DNA of 64,000 nt, taken from Spirochaetales bacterium. Its GTDB lineage: Bacteria; Spirochaetota; Spirochaetia; Treponematales; Treponemataceae. The notes beneath the pieces are model-generated. The model worked only from the letters and a program-made list of their open reading frames with translations, had not been told where the DNA came from and ran no database searches. Below, piece after piece: positions 55,356 to 64,000 of this stretch. Every line of letters begins with the position of its first letter. The stretch's first letter is position 1. The DNA lies in contig QKEL01000013.1 in the NCBI GenBank assembly GCA_003252395.1, forward strand, positions 125,698 through 189,697, written 5' to 3'. Both the position numbers and the translations under genes were made by a program.

Positions 55356-55509
55356 GCGTGAGGCGAAAAAAAAGTCTCTTTTGATTGTCTCACCGGCCGG
55401 ATCGGGAAACTCTCGGTAAAAGGCGGGGAAGGGATACTAACGGTGCGAAAGCCCCGGCCTCCGGCGGGAGCGGGAAGGGCCGCGCCCGCGGGGGACGGGG
55501 AGCGGGCGT

Positions 55510-58011
55510 CTATCGCTCGAAGTCGATTTCCACGGGAGTAACGCCCCAAATATCCTTCGAGTACTCGAGAATCGTCCGATCAGAGGAGAACTTGCCCATC
55601 TTGGCGGTATTCATGATGGACATGCGCGTCCACTTTTCCCGGTCCTTCCAGGTTTCGGAAACCCTGTCCTGGCAGTCCACGTAGGACCGATAATCCGCGA
55701 GGAGGAGATATGCGTCTCCCTTTTGCACTAGGCTTTCCACGATGGGCTTGAAGAGGTCGGGCTCTTCCGCGGAGAAGAACCCGTTTGCGATTCGGTCTAT
55801 GACGAGTTTGAGCTCGGGGTCGGCAAGGTAAAATTCCATGGGGTTGTAGCCGCCCGACTTCAGCTTCGATACCTCCGCGGCGTTCATCCCGAAAATGAAG
55901 ATATTGTCGTCGCCCACCTCTTCCTTTATCTCCACGTTCGCGCCGTCCAGCGTGCCGATGGTCACGGCGCCGTTCAGGGCGAATTTCATGTTGCCCGTTC
56001 CCGAGGCCTCGGTGCCCGCGGTTGAGATTTGCTCCGAAAGGTCCGCCGCGGGAATGATCTTCTCGGCGTTCGATACGGCATAATTGCGGAGAAAGAGCAC
56101 TTTGAGCCGGCCGGCCACCGCGGGGTCGTTATTCACCCGTTCCGCCACGGAGTTTATGAGCTTGATGATGAGCTTCGCCATCCAGTAACCCGGGGCGGCC
56201 TTGCCGGCGAAGATAACCGTGCGGGGCACGAACTCCCGGTCGGGATGTTCGAGTATGCGGTTATACAGGGTAATGACGTGCAGGGCGTTGAGAAGCTGCC
56301 GCTTGTACTCGTGGAGCCGCTTAACCTGAATGTCGATGAGGGAGTCCACGTCGATGGCGACGTTGTTGTGGCTCATGACGTAGGAGGCGAGGCGTACCTT
56401 TCTCGCCCGTTTGACCGCGCGCCACCGTTCCCTGAAGGCCGGGTCGTCGGCGAAGGGAATGAGCTTTTCCAGCTGAAAGAGGTCGGTCACCCATCCCGAG
56501 CCGATTTTTTCGGTGATAAGGGCCGAAAGGTCCGGGTTGCACAGCCTGAGCCAGCGGCGCTGAGTAATGCCGTTGGTCTTGTTGTTGAACTTCTCGGGCG
56601 ACAGGCGCCAGAATTGGCTGAACACGCGGTCTTTCAGGATTTCCGTATGCAGGGCCGCCACGCCGTTCAGGGAGTGGCTGCCGACGATGGCGAGATTGGC
56701 CATGCGTACCTTCCGCTCGAAGCCCTCCTCGATAACGGAAACCTCGCGCAGCATGTCCGTATCGCCGGGGAACCGCGCGGCCACCCGTTCCAGGAACCGT
56801 CGGTTAATCTCGTATATGATTTCCATGTGCCGCGGTAGCAACCGTTCCACCAGGGATACGGGCCAGCGTTCCAGGGCCTCCGGAAGGATCGTATGGTTCG
56901 TGTAGCCGAAGGTTTTTACCGTGATGTCCCACGCTTCGTCCCATTCGAGCCTTTCCAGGTCCACGAGAATTCGCATGAGCTCCGCGATGGCTATGGCGGG
57001 ATGGGTGTCGTTGAGCTGTATCGCCACCTTGTCGGGGAATTCGCCGAAGGTCTTATGCTCCTTTTTATAGCGCCGGATTATGTCCTGAATCGTGGCGGAG
57101 ACGAAGAAGTACTCCTGCTTCAGCCTGAGTTCCTTGCCCTCGAACACGTTGTCGTTGGGGTAGAGCACCCGGGTGATGTTCTCGGAACGGGATTTTTCGG
57201 AGACCGCCTTGATATAATCGCCGCCGTTGAAGTAGTTGAGGTCGAATTCGCGCGAAGCACGGGCCGACCAAAGCCTGAGGTTGTTTACGGTATCGTTGTG
57301 AAACCCGGGAACGGGGGTATCGAAGCCCGTCGCCACGATCGTTTCCCCGTTTGCCCAACGCTTTCGCATGGTGCCGTCCTCGTCGCGAAAGGTTTCCACG
57401 TTGCCGTAGAAATTCACGAGGTAGGTGTACTCCTGGCGGGGAAATTCCCACACGTTGCCGTAGCGGAGCCAGTTATCCGGGCTTTCCACCTGATACCCGT
57501 TCCTGATGCTCTGAAAGAAGATCCCGTAATCGTAGCGGATACCGTACCCCATGGCGGGCATTTTCAGCGTCGCGAGGGAATCCATGAAGCAGGCGGCGAG
57601 GCGGCCGAGCCCGCCGTTTCCGAGCCCGGCGTCCCATTCCTTCTCCCGGATTTCCTCCAGGGAATACCCTAAGTCGGTCAGGGCCTGCGCGGCTTGATCG
57701 CAGAGGTCAAGGTTTATCAGGCTGTTGCCGAGGCTGCGCCCGATCAGGAATTCGAGGGAGAGGTAATAGACCCGCTTCACGTCCTTGTCGTGATAGGTTT
57801 GCTGGGTCTTTATCCAGCGCTCGATCAGGCGGTCCCGGGCGGCAAGGGCAAGGCTCGTGTAGCAATCCTGGGCCGTAAAGGTATACCCGTCTTTGCCCAG
57901 GGAGTATTCCACGTGGTTCACCAGCGAAGCCCTGATCGCCTTCGCGTCCATGCCCATGGGCTGACGGTTCGACGGGGTAAGTTTCTGAATTTTTCCTTTC
58001 GTTTCGGCCAT
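55510..58011 (-). CDS. glgP: Glycogen/starch phosphorylase
   Basis: Start MAETKGK after AAGGAG; GLGNGGLGRLAACF, QLNDTHP, KRLHEYKRQ and EASGTGNMK (PLP lysine). Confidence 0.96.
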   Translation of the reverse strand: MAETKGKIQKLTPSNRQPMGMDAKAIRASLVNHVEYSLGKDGYTFTAQDCYTSLALAARDRLIERWIKTQQTYHDKDVKRVYYLSLEFLIGRSLGNSLINLDLCDQAAQALTDLGYSLEEIREKEWDAGLGNGGLGRLAACFMDSLATLKMPAMGYGIRYDYGIFFQSIRNGYQVESPDNWLRYGNVWEFPRQEYTYLVNFYGNVETFRDEDGTMRKRWANGETIVATGFDTPVPGFHNDTVNNLRLWSARASREFDLNYFNGGDYIKAVSEKSRSENITRVLYPNDNVFEGKELRLKQEYFFVSATIQDIIRRYKKEHKTFGEFPDKVAIQLNDTHPAIAIAELMRILVDLERLEWDEAWDITVKTFGYTNHTILPEALERWPVSLVERLLPRHMEIIYEINRRFLERVAARFPGDTDMLREVSVIEEGFERKVRMANLAIVGSHSLNGVAALHTEILKDRVFSQFWRLSPEKFNNKTNGITQRRWLRLCNPDLSALITEKIGSGWVTDLFQLEKLIPFADDPAFRERWRAVKRARKVRLASYVMSHNNVAIDVDSLIDIQVKRLHEYKRQLLNALHVITLYNRILEHPDREFVPRTVIFAGKAAPGYWMAKLIIKLINSVAERVNNDPAVAGRLKVLFLRNYAVSNAEKIIPAADLSEQISTAGTEASGTGNMKFALNGAVTIGTLDGANVEIKEEVGDDNIFIFGMNAAEVSKLKSGGYNPMEFYLADPELKLVIDRIANGFFSAEEPDLFKPIVESLVQKGDAYLLLADYRSYVDCQDRVSETWKDREKWTRMSIMNTAKMGKFSSDRTILEYSKDIWGVTPVEIDFER

Positions 58012-58106
58012 ACGTTCCTGCTCCTTGCGCCTTAATTCTTTATTACCGAAAGTATGGGCGGTTTCCCGACGGAATGCAAGAACGGGGCGTATCCGCCCGA
58101 ATTCGA

Positions 58107-59018
58107 TCAGCGAAGGCCGGCGCGGCGAAGCGCGGCGAGCATGCGCGCCGGATCGTTTCCGATCAGGGCGTCCGCCCCGCATCGGGCGAGCCACAGGGCG
58201 TCCAGGTTATTGCGTACGGTCCAAACGTGCACCCGCCGACCCGCGGCGTGCTCCCGCCGTATCAGGGACGGCGAGGTTTCCCTGACCGCGGGGTGAAAGG
58301 CGGCGGGAGGCACGGGAAGGATTCCCCCTTGGCCGTTTCCGGTTCCGAAGGCGAGGGGGCGGGTGTCCCGCTTCGTGTTCCCGCAATACAGAAAGCCGAC
58401 GCTCACTTCCGGCAGGAGTTCCGAAAACCGGGCCAGGGCCACCGGATCGAAGCTGGAGACGATGAGGCGGGAACGGAGTCCCCCATCGCGCGCCACTGCG
58501 GCGCGGACGGTTTCGGCCACGCATTCCGCCGTGAGGCGCGCGTTTTTTCCCCGTTCCGTTTCGCCGTCGTAGGCCATGGCCGGATAGCCCGTGAATAGCC
58601 GCCCCAACCGCGCGAGGGTGGGAATGGAGGCGAGGGGCGTTTTGATCTCAACGTTTACGTAGCCTTCCTTCGGCCGCCCGGAAAGGACCTCGGCGAGCAG
58701 GGGAATGCGTTCCCCGGCGAAAGAGCCGGAAAACCGGGAACCCGCGTCGAGACTCCGCAGGTATTCGAGCGGTCGGTCCGCCACGGCGCCGGCGCCGTCG
58801 GTGAGGCGGTCGAGGGTGTCGTCGTGAAAGACGACCGCGTGACCGTCGGCGCTTCGCTGGGCGTCCAGCTCGATCCCGTCCGCCCCGGCTTCCCAGGCGA
58901 GGGTAAAGGCGGCGAGGGTGTTCTGCGGCGCGCGGGCCATGTAGCCCCGGTGCGCCCATACGAGGGTTCGTTCTCCCGGCGGGGGAAATATCGCCGGTTC
59001 GGCGGATCGTTCATTCAT
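58107..59018 (-). CDS. Glycerophosphodiester phosphodiesterase
   Basis: WAHRG, PQNTLAAF, IELD, VFHDDTLDR, NVEIK, VSSFD and VWTV. Confidence 0.9.
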   Translation of the reverse strand: MNERSAEPAIFPPPGERTLVWAHRGYMARAPQNTLAAFTLAWEAGADGIELDAQRSADGHAVVFHDDTLDRLTDGAGAVADRPLEYLRSLDAGSRFSGSFAGERIPLLAEVLSGRPKEGYVNVEIKTPLASIPTLARLGRLFTGYPAMAYDGETERGKNARLTAECVAETVRAAVARDGGLRSRLIVSSFDPVALARFSELLPEVSVGFLYCGNTKRDTRPLAFGTGNGQGGILPVPPAAFHPAVRETSPSLIRREHAAGRRVHVWTVRNNLDALWLARCGADALIGNDPARMLAALRRAGLR

Positions 59019-59110
59019 CGTTTTTTATTGGCCTCGCGAATAGAGTATCCCGAAAACCGCCGGGAATCCAGTAGCGGAACGATACCCGCGCGCGAACGTG
59101 AAGATACGGC

Positions 59111-59151
59111 AAAAAAAAAACCGTCCGCGCGCATTTTACGGCGGACGGTTT
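59111..59151 (-). terminator. Rho-independent terminator of the small YjfB-like gene
   Basis: A10-CCGTCCGC-N12-GCGGACGG-TTT. Confidence 0.8.
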
Positions 59152-59184
59152 CCCTAAATCATGTTGCTGACGTGCCCGGCTTTC

Positions 59185-59370
59185 TCAGGCGAGCAGGTCT
59201 ACCCGGTTTCCGAGCGAGGGATCGGTGATCACCCGTGCGGCTTCGAGACCGTTTATGAGGTCATCCGCCTGGGTCTTGTCCTCGTCCATCGCCATTTTCT
59301 GTACCTGGATCGCAACGTCCTGCTGGACACGCTGCTGCGAGAGCCCGGTTGAGAGCGCTGTAATATCCAT
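59185..59370 (-). CDS. YjfB-family small protein (putative motility protein)
   Basis: MDITALSTGLSQQRVQQDVAIQVQKMAMD...DPSLGNRVDLLA; upstream TTGCAT, 17 nt, TATATT, 6 nt, ATG. Confidence 0.78.
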   Translation of the reverse strand: MDITALSTGLSQQRVQQDVAIQVQKMAMDEDKTQADDLINGLEAARVITDPSLGNRVDLLA

Positions 59371-59499
59371 ACCGTAAATATACGATCGCAGGGCCGGCAA
59401 TGCAAGGGGAAACCGAATGAATTCATAGCAAAATAGTAGTGTATGCCTTCCGTTTCCGCGCGGTAACCTTTTACGCGGGAACGGTTGTTTAGTGGGTAT

Positions 59500-60327
59500 A
59501 TGAGCGACATCAATCTTACCAAGTTGAAGAACCTGGCGGCAGTCGCCTGCCTCGTCCTGACGGCCTCGGTGATATCGGTTTCCTGCGTTTCCGCTCCGGA
59601 ACGCGATCGGGGCAGCCTATCCGACGCGATGGACAAGGCGCGCGACGATCATGAGGGCTCCCGCTCGGTACCGGACGAACCGGCCGGGAAGAACGATATG
59701 CCGGAAGGGGCCTGGATCGTGGACCCGCCGAGAAGGCACGACCGGGATCGCGGAAACGATTCGCAGCGTGAGCCCCTCATCCAAGGCTCCACGAGCGATA
59801 CGCTTAGTTTCGGCTTTCGCAGTTCGGTATCCCTCGCGTCGTCCGAGGACTGGGCGTCGCCCCTGGATATGGACATGCTGCTCGGCTCGAGCGGCGATTC
59901 TATGGGCCTTTTCGGTTACCTCGGCCTTCGCGTGGTCGACCCCGGCGAAAGCTCCCCCCTGTCCGCTTCCATAAAGGATTCCGCCGGGATCGTGCGGGCG
60001 GGTTTCCAGTTTCGTTGGTATCCCCTCTCGTACCGGGAATACCTATCGCCGCTTATTGATTTCTCAATCGGCGGCTTCACGATGGGGTGGACCTATAGAA
60101 ACGCCCTTACCGCGGGGAACGACACGATACTCGGCGACTCCCTCGGCGGCCTCCATCTTGCCCTGGGCGCCGGCGTAAGCATTGTCCGCGGGACTCGGGC
60201 CGAGTTCTCGGTCCGCCTCGTGCCCGAAGCGTACCTTTTTGGCGATAAGACCGACGAGGGCTTTACCAACGACTTTTTCAAGCCCCTCGGGGTGCTGAAG
60301 CTCGAGGGCGAGTTAATCTTTCGTTAG
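59500..60327 (+). CDS. Putative lipoprotein with C-terminal beta-barrel-like region
   Basis: ISVSC lipobox, charged disordered linker, then about 8 amphipathic strands ending LKLEGELIFR. Confidence 0.6.
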   Translation: MSDINLTKLKNLAAVACLVLTASVISVSCVSAPERDRGSLSDAMDKARDDHEGSRSVPDEPAGKNDMPEGAWIVDPPRRHDRDRGNDSQREPLIQGSTSDTLSFGFRSSVSLASSEDWASPLDMDMLLGSSGDSMGLFGYLGLRVVDPGESSPLSASIKDSAGIVRAGFQFRWYPLSYREYLSPLIDFSIGGFTMGWTYRNALTAGNDTILGDSLGGLHLALGAGVSIVRGTRAEFSVRLVPEAYLFGDKTDEGFTNDFFKPLGVLKLEGELIFR

Positions 60328-61121
60328 GCCCGTTTTCGGTAGTCTATGCCGCTGGCGGCGAGCAGGATAAGCGCGGGCGTATAGAAGGTCCAAACCAGCG
60401 GCGTCGCGACGGGCGAAAGGCCGCTCAGGCCGACGTTCACGTCGCAAAGGAAAAACGACGTCATGCCGAGGGCGATCATCCACGCGTTGCGCCGGGGAAA
60501 GAAGCTGCGGCGAAGGGCGCTCCAGGCGACGGCCAGGGAGATGACGAGGTACACGCCGTAAACCACCATGATCGGGGTGGGCTTTCGCGCCGCAAGATAA
60601 TACGAGGCGGTAACGGGAATGGCCACGATCAGTACCATAAAGAGTTCCGTCACCGCAAGCTTGGCCAGGGCGCGCTTGCGGCCCGCCTCGCCCCGTCCGG
60701 GGCCCCGGTACGCGCTGCGGGCGTTCCGCCAGTGGCGCACGATGAGGCACGTCTGAACCGCCATGAAGCAGATTATTCCCGCGGCGTTGAAAGCCTCGGA
60801 GGGGGAACGCCCCAGGGCCGCGAGCACGGGGAAGAGCAGCACCATGAAGGTATCGGCGGCGACGAGAAAGGAGAAGGCGGCGCGAAGCCAAAAGGCGTCG
60901 CGCTCGTCAAGGCGGTCGTTCCCGATGGACCAGACGAAGAGGCAGGAAAGCCAGCTCGCCAGGTATTTCGCCGCCGCGACGGCGATCGCGAAGGCGGGTG
61001 CCGGGCTTGATCCGGCGCGGATATAGGCGTACGAGACCCAATCCCCGGTTATGTAGAACAGGGAGAGGAGGGCGATGGCCATAAGGAGGGACCGATGCGG
61101 GTCGTTGCTTTTCTTGGTCAC
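60324..61121 (-). CDS. YhhN/lysoplasmalogenase-like membrane protein
   Basis: Multi-TM; LVAADTFMVL, GIICFMAVQ, GMTSFFLCDVNV and VWTFYTPAL. Confidence 0.65.
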   Translation of the reverse strand: MTKKSNDPHRSLLMAIALLSLFYITGDWVSYAYIRAGSSPAPAFAIAVAAAKYLASWLSCLFVWSIGNDRLDERDAFWLRAAFSFLVAADTFMVLLFPVLAALGRSPSEAFNAAGIICFMAVQTCLIVRHWRNARSAYRGPGRGEAGRKRALAKLAVTELFMVLIVAIPVTASYYLAARKPTPIMVVYGVYLVISLAVAWSALRRSFFPRRNAWMIALGMTSFFLCDVNVGLSGLSPVATPLVWTFYTPALILLAASGIDYRKRA

Positions 61122-61142
61122 GGCGATTCTATCTCCTTAACC

Positions 61143-63185
61143 TTATTTTTCCACGAATTGGTAGGTCCCGTTCCAGGGCCCGAGCTTTCCGAGCTGTTTA
61201 AGCGCCATGAGCTCCCTCGTTCGGCGCACGTAATATTCATGGAGCGGGTCACGGTCCCGAAAGCGCCCGTGCAGGGACACGTAAATGCCCAGGGCCCGCT
61301 CGAAGTCGCCCACGCGGTACGCGGCGAACGCTTCCTCCATTTGGGCCTGGTTGCCGAGCTTCAAGTCGATCAGGTCCGGCGTATTGTGGTCGAAAACCTC
61401 ATAGAGCCGCGTCGGCGCCTCGCGGCCCTTGACCAGTACGCAATCGATAAAGCGGATGCGGTGGTCTCCGGTGAGCCGGTTAACCACTTCCTCGGAGATG
61501 ACGACGGGCAGGCCGTAGCGCTTGGTGAGCGATTCGAATCGGCTGGCGGTGTTGACCGAGTCGCCGATGACGGTGTAGTCCAGTTTTTCCTTGGAGCCTA
61601 TGTTCCCCCGGGTGACCGTCCCGTAGTCGATCCCGATCCCGTTCCTGATGTAGGAACGGCCCGCGGCGAGGGCGTCGTTGTACTCCCTGAGACGGCCGAT
61701 CATGGCGACGGCGGTTTCCACCGCGCGGTCGGCGCTCTCGAACAGGGCCATGATCGCGTCGCCGATGAGCTTGTCTATCTCCCCGCCGCCGTTCACGATG
61801 CATTCGTTCATATTCGTGAAGTAGGTATTGAGGAGGGTAACCGTATCGGCGGAAGAAAGCTTTTCCGACATGAGGGTAAAATCGCGGATATCCGCGAACA
61901 TGATGGCGATTTCCTGGGTTTTCGGCTCGAATCTCGTCGGGTCGTGCCCTGCCTGGATAACCCGTACCAGGGAAGGCCGGGTATACTTTTCGGTGATGAC
62001 CAGCTGTCGGTTGATTTCCTTGGTGCGCTCGTCCACGAGGTATTCCAAAATCTGCTTTTGAATCGCGATTTCCGTAATGTCGCTCAGGATAAAGAAAATG
62101 CGGTCCAATTCGTGGCCGTTATAGATATGCGACATCTTTATATTGTAGAAGCGGCGCGAATCGTTGGGCCCCGGGGCGGAGAGGGCCGCGATGAGACCCT
62201 CGACCCGGAACTGGCCTTCGTCGGGCGGCGTACCTTCCGCGTCCGGAAAGAGTTCCGTGATCCTACGTGCCTGCGCGGGGTCGAAATCGCTGAAGTTGCG
62301 CAGGAAGGCGCGATTATAGAAAAGGATGTTCAGTTCCTTGTCCGTCACGATGATCGGTTCCTCGGAGAGGTCAAAGGCCTTTTGCCCGATGATCTGCTCG
62401 TCTTTCGCGCCGAGGTTGTAGCGGCCCACCGCGTAGGTGATGCAGACGATCCATATGCCGATAAAAAGCGACCCGAAGGCGGGGATGGGCAGTTCGAATA
62501 TGGGGAGAATGATATTGAGCACGATGGTGATGCCGCCGAAGACGACCCCGGTGAGGGAAATGACCTCGGACTGCTTTCGCATATCCACGCTGGCGTTTTG
62601 CCGGTGGGAACGCCGCCAGAATATCACGACGAGCGCGGTACCCTCGGCGTACCAGAAAAGGGTCATTCCGACGAAAATTTGCGTGCAAAGCGACCCCATA
62701 TTCGGCGTGTCCCGGAGCCCCCAGGGCGTCGGAACGTATTTGAGGGGTTCCCCCGCGCCGGTGAGTATCCAGATATGCAGGGCCACCGCGAGTAGATACT
62801 GGACCGCCACGGCGACATTCGGCGCGTTGAGGGTAAAACGGCGGCGACCCACGTACAGGGTTTTGCCGGGCAGGCGGTCGAGGCCCGAAAGCAGGGTGAA
62901 AAAATGGATGAGAATGGGCCACATGGGCACGAAGCCGAACGATTGCACGTAATACCAGAACCACACCCCGGTTTCCGGATCGGCGCTGAAAATGAAGGCC
63001 GACGCGAAAACCCACGTGCCGATGGTGAGGCACAGGCCGAGGGTCAGGATGCTTCCCTTCGTCTTCTGCGTTTTTCCGAAGGCGTAAAACCCGATGGCGA
63101 AAGCCAAAAGCGCGATGACCAGGGACACGGTGGTGAGATGGTTGATTTGGGAAAACCAGTCGAGCGAGATCTGGCGATGCGTCAT
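61143..63185 (-). CDS. 7TM (HisKA_7TM-like) - PAS - class III adenylate cyclase
   Basis: N-terminal multi-TM region, PAS-like PIIVTDKELNILFYNRAF, then MFADIRDFT, DKLIGDAIMA and YTVIGDSVNTASRFE. Confidence 0.88.
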   Translation of the reverse strand: MTHRQISLDWFSQINHLTTVSLVIALLAFAIGFYAFGKTQKTKGSILTLGLCLTIGTWVFASAFIFSADPETGVWFWYYVQSFGFVPMWPILIHFFTLLSGLDRLPGKTLYVGRRRFTLNAPNVAVAVQYLLAVALHIWILTGAGEPLKYVPTPWGLRDTPNMGSLCTQIFVGMTLFWYAEGTALVVIFWRRSHRQNASVDMRKQSEVISLTGVVFGGITIVLNIILPIFELPIPAFGSLFIGIWIVCITYAVGRYNLGAKDEQIIGQKAFDLSEEPIIVTDKELNILFYNRAFLRNFSDFDPAQARRITELFPDAEGTPPDEGQFRVEGLIAALSAPGPNDSRRFYNIKMSHIYNGHELDRIFFILSDITEIAIQKQILEYLVDERTKEINRQLVITEKYTRPSLVRVIQAGHDPTRFEPKTQEIAIMFADIRDFTLMSEKLSSADTVTLLNTYFTNMNECIVNGGGEIDKLIGDAIMALFESADRAVETAVAMIGRLREYNDALAAGRSYIRNGIGIDYGTVTRGNIGSKEKLDYTVIGDSVNTASRFESLTKRYGLPVVISEEVVNRLTGDHRIRFIDCVLVKGREAPTRLYEVFDHNTPDLIDLKLGNQAQMEEAFAAYRVGDFERALGIYVSLHGRFRDRDPLHEYYVRRTRELMALKQLGKLGPWNGTYQFVEK

Positions 63186-63331
63186 GAAGCGATACTCCTC
63201 CCACTAGTTTACCATCAAGATCGCCGCTCTGTCATCGAAAATGGTAAAACGGGCCGCCGCCCGAGGAAAATCGATTCACTTTCTCCTTGAAAGCGGGTAT
63301 CGCTTGTCATACCTTAGTAGGGGAGTTATGT

Positions 63332-64000
63332 ATGAAACTGACGGTTTGGGGATGCAGGGGCTCGATCGCCGCCCCGGGAAAGGAAACGGTTCGCTATGGC
63401 GGCGAGTCAACCTGTTACGAGATCCTGACCGATTCGCGCGAAACCATTATCATCGACGCGGGTTCCGGAATTCGCAAGTTGGGAAACAAACTGGCGAAGG
63501 ACTCTTCGCGGCGGAAGCTTACCCTGCTTTTGACCCATTCCCATTGGGACCATCTCGCCGGGTTTCCCTTTTTCAAGCCCGCTTTCATTCCGGGCTTTAC
63601 CATTACCGTGTGCGGGGGGAACGATTCCCCCGGCCGCGTGCTGGAATGCCTGCGGCATCAAATGGACCCGCCCTATTTCCCCGTGGACATGAGCGCCATG
63701 AAGGCGGAATTCGCCGTCGGCTGCCATTGTTCCGCCGGGACGTGCGCCAATGTCCTGCCGGAGATCGGTCCGGGGCATCGGTGCGAGTCAATTCCCCTCA
63801 ACCATCCGGACGGCGGTTTCGGCTATAAATTTACCGGCGCGAGCGGCGACGCCCTCGTCGTGCTGACGGATAACGAATTGCGTTTTGCCCACCCCGGCGG
63901 CAGGGAGCGCGAGGCGTACGTGGAATTCTGCCGCGGCGCGAAGCTGCTCATCCACGACGCGCAATACACCGAAAGGGAGTATGAGCGAACGCTGGGCTGG
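63332..64000 (+). CDS. MBL-fold metallo-hydrolase (RNase Z/PhnP/class II PDE-like), truncated by the window end
   Basis: Absent from the ORF track because it has no stop in the window. Manual translation gives MKLTVWGCRGS...IIIDAGSG...THSHWDH...LNHP...TDNE...LIHDAQYT, open to 64000. Confidence 0.88.
   Translation, partial: MKLTVWGCRGSIAAPGKETVRYGGESTCYEILTDSRETIIIDAGSGIRKLGNKLAKDSSRRKLTLLLTHSHWDHLAGFPFFKPAFIPGFTITVCGGNDSPGRVLECLRHQMDPPYFPVDMSAMKAEFAVGCHCSAGTCANVLPEIGPGHRCESIPLNHPDGGFGYKFTGASGDALVVLTDNELRFAHPGGREREAYVEFCRGAKLLIHDAQYTEREYERTLGW

Noticed and set aside
6324-58194. Extended N-termini in the ORF track (7610, 21706, 33166, 34212, 46404, 50930, 58194)
   Set aside because: Downstream starts have SDs, stop/start overlaps or promoters and match the expected family N-termini; the extensions overlap neighbouring genes.
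2041-62795. Other long antisense or alternate-frame ORFs (2041-3267, 3342-4433, 9829-10938, 11311-12450, 24450-25529, 25385-26416, 61095-62795, etc.)
   Set aside because: They overlap well-supported genes, and long stop-free shadow frames are expected at this GC content.
63241-63828. 195-aa ORF from the track, or a frameshifted gene at the right end
   Set aside because: It is in the wrong frame. The frame from ATG 63332 is open to the window end and encodes an intact MBL hydrolase.
1-64000. Transposases, integrases, prophage, defence systems, Sec/Pyl read-through
   Set aside because: No ORF with such motifs was found, and no in-frame stop interrupting a recognisable domain was seen.

Overview
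This is core chromosomal DNA from a GC-rich (about 60% by eye) anaerobic spirochaete of the Treponema-like Spirochaetales. The assignment rests on the spirochaete-type ParE/ParC, the OmpA-like protein and the gene order after rplS. Housekeeping genes: partial EF-G paralog, parE-parC, a 4-domain S1, rpsP-khpA-rimM-trmD-rplS, serS, birA, tRNA-Gly(CCC) and glgP. Transport: five systems, namely TetR-MMPL-LolA-like-barrel, polar amino-acid ABC, DrrA-like ABC, TetR-TolC-HlyD-ABC and MarC. Cyclic-nucleotide signalling is dense: two class III adenylate cyclases, a DGDEF-EAL protein, an HD-GYP protein and an MBL hydrolase. No transposase, integrase, prophage or CRISPR array was found. Best leads: (1) a FliK-like / FlhB-C / HD-GYP / YraN / unannotated FlgM-like small ORF module behind rplS; (2) an OmpA / SLH-like / beta-barrel / FecR operon divergent from a CHASE2 cyclase; (3) the strongly codon-biased IscU-like + GGGtGRT pair; (4) a hairpin-forming intergenic repeat family at 17.5 kb and 36.1-36.5 kb; (5) a tRNA-Gly 3'-end duplication resembling an att scar; (6) repeated sigma70 promoters that sit directly against start codons, implying many leaderless mRNAs. 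All family assignments come from motif recognition by eye; no database searches were run.
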